A stretch of DNA of 20,000 nucleotides from IMG/VR virus record IMGVR_UViG_3300026119_000001, one strand, 5' to 3'. The notes beneath the pieces are model-generated. The model made no database searches. It was not told the origin of the DNA and saw only the letters and a program-made list of their open reading frames with translations. Positions 16,775-20,000 of this stretch are shown piece by piece (the stretch's first letter is position 1; each line of letters opens with the position of its first letter). The DNA is from an uncultured virus (IMG/VR IMGVR_UViG_3300026119_000001). Lineage: Duplodnaviria; Heunggongvirae; Uroviricota; Caudoviricetes. The position numbers and the translations under genes were made by a program.

Positions 16775-16965
16775 TTTTCTTTCAATGCTTTCTTATGTCG
16801 CCTATCATATTCTGCTTCACTTAAAAAACCAAATTCATCATCAGCTGCCCCAAAGTTATAATATTTTTTAATCATAGGAGCAATCGTACCTTTTTGACGA
16901 CCTCCTATATTTCTATGTATCCTTCTAGGAGTCCTATTAGTGTACATATTTTTTTTAGATGTCAT
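16771..16965 (-). CDS. small basic hypothetical protein
   Basis: ORF track; coupled to neighbours. Confidence 0.55.
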   Translation of the reverse strand: MTSKKNMYTNRTPRRIHRNIGGRQKGTIAPMIKKYYNFGAADDEFGFLSEAEYDRRHKKALKEK

Positions 16966-17533
16966 TTTTCTTTTTTTCTATTTTAAAAAAGAAAGATAAT
17001 GTTAATCTTTCTTCAAAAGTATAATCTAAACACGGAGCGTGGTATCTACCACCGTGATATAAAACTAGTCTATTTGGATAAGCACTTATATAAATGTCTG
17101 GCACTTTCTCCATTTGATTATTAAAAAATGCCGTGCCACCATCATATGCCTGGTCAAAGTACATCATACCTGCTATTAAAGGTTCAGACTCAGCTTCAGG
17201 TAGATAATCCCTATGTATAAAACCATATTTACCAAAATTTTGTGTAGATTCTTTTATTTCACTCAATATGATTCTTCTAGCAATTGTCTTGAAATCAGTA
17301 ATTTTAGTTTGTAATATACTTTCTATATTAGTTTTGATATAATCGTTCTCTTTATCATATTGATTTTCATAACAAGGAAACGCCTGCATTCTATTGCCAT
17401 AAGACGAACCTGCTGGTTGATGTACTTTGTCCCATTTCAAACTATCTAAATCTGATTTAATACTATTAAATTTTTCTTTTGTGAAAAAATTATAATGAAT
17501 TGTTATTCCACCATCTAAAAGATTTTTAATCAT
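16955..17533 (-). CDS. 2OG-Fe(II) oxygenase superfamily protein
   Basis: HRD, GGTAF, NRLVLY, distal YH and RLTLSFF. Confidence 0.8.
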   Translation of the reverse strand: MIKNLLDGGITIHYNFFTKEKFNSIKSDLDSLKWDKVHQPAGSSYGNRMQAFPCYENQYDKENDYIKTNIESILQTKITDFKTIARRIILSEIKESTQNFGKYGFIHRDYLPEAESEPLIAGMMYFDQAYDGGTAFFNNQMEKVPDIYISAYPNRLVLYHGGRYHAPCLDYTFEERLTLSFFFKIEKKKNDI

Positions 17534-17738
17534 TTTTAAAATGTTTATCTAAAACTTCAACAATTTCTGCATTATCGGACATTATTTTTAACTGCTTATT
17601 GATTTCTTCTAACACATCTCCGTGTGTTGCAACACCAACAGCATTACTTAAAAATATTTCAACATTTGCCCTTGCTTTAGATATGTTACCTTCAGCGTGG
17701 TCTTTTAATGCGTCCAATATTTGTTGTCTTTGACTCAT
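17526..17738 (-). CDS. hypothetical protein
   Basis: 70 aa; strong GGAGG RBS. Confidence 0.75.
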   Translation of the reverse strand: MSQRQQILDALKDHAEGNISKARANVEIFLSNAVGVATHGDVLEEINKQLKIMSDNAEIVEVLDKHFKND

Positions 17739-17746
17739 ATACCCTC

Positions 17747-18010
17747 CTAATGTAATGTTCTACTAGGTATAATGTTCATACCATACTTGTTTAAAACTTT
17801 TAATTGATAATCTCTATTCTCTGGTTTTTTCATAAGTTCTGTTAACTTCTTTTTCCACATAGTTTTCAACAACTCATTTTTAGCATTTTTTAATGCCGTT
17901 TCTAAATTGTGTATTCTATGCCAAAATATATGTTCACCATCTAACACGTTTATCCAATCTTTTATCATTATATCATTTCTCCTTCTTCTTGTCAATGTTT
18001 GTCTGCCCAT
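17747..18010 (-). CDS. hypothetical protein (true start probably MIKDW, about 17968)
   Basis: ORF track; AAGGAG lies upstream of the internal ATG. Confidence 0.6.
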   Translation of the reverse strand: MGRQTLTRRRRNDIMIKDWINVLDGEHIFWHRIHNLETALKNAKNELLKTMWKKKLTELMKKPENRDYQLKVLNKYGMNIIPSRTLH

Positions 18011-18293
18011 TTTCTGGTGGATGTACTTTTACATCTTGGCATACATACTCTATACCTTGTTCAATTATTCTACTGACTTTACACTCATAACCAGTTATAC
18101 GTGACAATACCATATCGTTAGTTGTGGGTAAATTTGCTAAACTTAAAGTAAAATCTACACCTGTCTTTAGTACAGACATAACTTTATATTCTGAATACGC
18201 ACCTGTACTAGTCGCTAATAACGCTGGTGCTGTAGCGCCACACGCATTTAACAATAACAATAACAATAAACTAACTGTAAGCTTTTTCGCCAT
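17973..18293 (-). CDS. predicted lipoprotein
   Basis: MAKKLTVSLLLLLLLNAC lipobox; GGAG RBS before ATG 18293. Confidence 0.7.
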   Translation of the reverse strand: MAKKLTVSLLLLLLLNACGATAPALLATSTGAYSEYKVMSVLKTGVDFTLSLANLPTTNDMVLSRITGYECKVSRIIEQGIEYVCQDVKVHPPENGQTNIDKKKEK

Positions 18294-18519
18294 ATTTTTT
18301 ACTTCTCCAACCTGAATCAGGTGTAAACACATCTTTATTAGGGTCTGATATTTCTTTTATATCAGTAACCTTATGTGGAACAAAACGTTGTTCTATGTCC
18401 TTACCTGTATCACTATATACAAACGTTGTAATAGTTTTAGGTTCTGGAACATCTGCACCAAATGGTGTAGGTTCTAAATGTAATTTAAATTCATAACATT
18501 TACTACTTATTTCACTCAT
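18271..18519 (-). CDS. hypothetical protein
   Basis: ORF track; AAGGA RBS. Confidence 0.6.
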   Translation of the reverse strand: MSEISSKCYEFKLHLEPTPFGADVPEPKTITTFVYSDTGKDIEQRFVPHKVTDIKEISDPNKDVFTPDSGWRSKKYGEKAYS

Positions 18520-19555
18520 TTATTTCCTTTTTTGGTTTATAATTAGGGTCATTCCATTCCATTATCTGGTCTAATTTAATTCTAATCTCATCTGGATCCA
18601 AACCTAATTTCAGTAACTCATCTGTACCAATACTCTTAAAAAAGTCTTCATAATCTCTATTCTTTAAATCTCTCTTACCTAACTTTGCAAAAAATGTTTT
18701 GTAAAAGCCTTGCTTATCTCGTAAGTTTTTCGCCGTAGCTTTTGACGTAGCAGCAACCCTTTGCCAATTAATTTCTTTTGTTTCTTTTTTCTTTTTTGCT
18801 TCTTTCGCAATTTTCCTCTCTCTCATTGAAATATTAGCAGCAATCAATAACAATACTGCTAATGGATCAAATACAAATATCAATACTATAATTATATACC
18901 TAACTGCTTTATCAAAATGGTCTTTTGCTTGGTCCCCATATATTAATTCTGCAACATATTTAAGTGGACCTACATCTGCTTCTATCTTTAGTTGTGCTAA
19001 TTCTAAATTACCTTTGTCTAATGTTAATTCTGCAATTCTCTCCATTGCAAATTTTATTTCGTTAGTTAATAATTCTCTCTCTTCTTTTAATTTCTTACGT
19101 TCTTTTAATCCTTTAGTAACACGTTCTCTAGTTATATAAACTTCTATTGCACGGTCTATTTGGTCTAACGTTAATTCTGCTCGTTTTATAACCTTCTCTT
19201 GTTGTATGACCTGTTTATCTATTAATGCTATATATACTGCATTATCACTTGTTGGTCGTACTTGGTCTAGGTGTGCCTTTGATAAAAAACCAAAGATACC
19301 CATACTTGTAACAAATACTAAAACAAGAACAGCAGTTGTTAAATATATCTTAATTGATTTTGGTAGTAATGGATTTCTCCAATTCTGATATAACCAACTG
19401 GCGGCAACTAACTTACCTACCTCTAAAGCAGTCCCCATAGCAATAATTGCTACAGTTGCACCTGCAAATAGAGTTGCTAATCCTACAATACTATACCCAG
19501 CGGCAATCGCTGATATAGCGATAGCAGAAAAAAATACTAATAAAATAAAAAGCAT
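18512..19555 (-). CDS. multi-TM membrane protein with coiled coil
   Basis: Three N-terminal hydrophobic segments, a coiled coil, then VGPLKYVAE and FVFDPLAVLLLIAA. Confidence 0.75.
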   Translation of the reverse strand: MLFILLVFFSAIAISAIAAGYSIVGLATLFAGATVAIIAMGTALEVGKLVAASWLYQNWRNPLLPKSIKIYLTTAVLVLVFVTSMGIFGFLSKAHLDQVRPTSDNAVYIALIDKQVIQQEKVIKRAELTLDQIDRAIEVYITRERVTKGLKERKKLKEERELLTNEIKFAMERIAELTLDKGNLELAQLKIEADVGPLKYVAELIYGDQAKDHFDKAVRYIIIVLIFVFDPLAVLLLIAANISMRERKIAKEAKKKKETKEINWQRVAATSKATAKNLRDKQGFYKTFFAKLGKRDLKNRDYEDFFKSIGTDELLKLGLDPDEIRIKLDQIMEWNDPNYKPKKEINE

Positions 19556-20000
19556 TATTTAGGTTTATCTTCTGGTAAAATTGTATTCTTTTTTAATAGA
19601 TTTGAATTCTCCTCTACAGTTGCTAATACTTTTTCAATCTTTGCTATCATATCAATAACTCGTTTATCATAATCTTCGGTAGTTGAAAATTTATCTAACG
19701 TAGAGATTAACTGTACTGAATCCAATAGTTCACCTTTTTCTAATAATTTTGTTCTTAATTCTCTAAACTCTTTATATGCTGGGTGTTCATTTAATATTCT
19801 AATATATTCTTGAACACTATTACATTTTGTTGTAAAAACTCTTACACGCCAAGGTGTATCTTTACTCATACCTTGAGGTAATAAACCCTTACCCTTGTCC
19901 CAAGTCTTAATACCAAATAAATTATTTGCTTCTATAGCAAATCTACTTGTACCCCAACCACTCTCTAATGCCGCTTGTGCTGTCACCATTTGAATTGGTA
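19555..20000 (-). CDS. GH73 glucosaminidase (Bax/FlgJ-like peptidoglycan hydrolase); N-terminus outside the window
   Basis: AQAALESGWGTS..A..ANNLFGIK and LNEHPAY motifs; frame is open to the window edge. Confidence 0.85.
   Translation of the reverse strand, partial: PIQMVTAQAALESGWGTSRFAIEANNLFGIKTWDKGKGLLPQGMSKDTPWRVRVFTTKCNSVQEYIRILNEHPAYKEFRELRTKLLEKGELLDSVQLISTLDKFSTTEDYDKRVIDMIAKIEKVLATVEENSNLLKKNTILPEDKPK

Noticed and set aside
28..19388. All plus-strand ORFs in the track (e.g. 28..327, 1068..1388, 3253..3651, 12926..13216)
   Set aside because: They are antisense shadows of well-supported minus-strand genes and show no recognisable motifs.
1..20000. Genome-wide stop-codon reassignment
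   Set aside because: Conserved genes are uninterrupted in the standard code, and TAA, TAG and TGA all terminate genes at expected positions.

Overview
AT-rich segment of a T4-like myovirus genome, most likely a marine phage of a low-GC alphaproteobacterial host such as SAR11 (the host is an inference). All credible genes lie on the minus strand and are tightly coupled by TAATG/ATGA overlaps. Core T4-like genes: gp26-like, gp51-like, gp54-like, gp2, gp32 SSB, gp59 helicase loader, gp33, ThyX, a PD-(D/E)XK exonuclease, an M15 peptidase and a GH73 glucosaminidase. Accessory genes: full-length sufB, pcm, two 2OG-Fe(II) oxygenases, a cupin, a PLP fold-type II enzyme, a 2-hydroxyacid dehydrogenase-like protein, and an unannotated CDGSH-like mini Fe-S protein. 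The most striking signals outside the ORF track are (1) a complete circularly permuted two-piece tmRNA with tag ANEQFALAA, (2) a T-TTT-TTC slippery site that would fuse gp26 to gp51 by -1 frameshifting, and (3) a possible UGA read-through extension of the M15 peptidase. Sigma70-type promoters and T4 late (TATAAATA) promoters are visible. All family assignments come from motif recognition by eye; no database searches were run.
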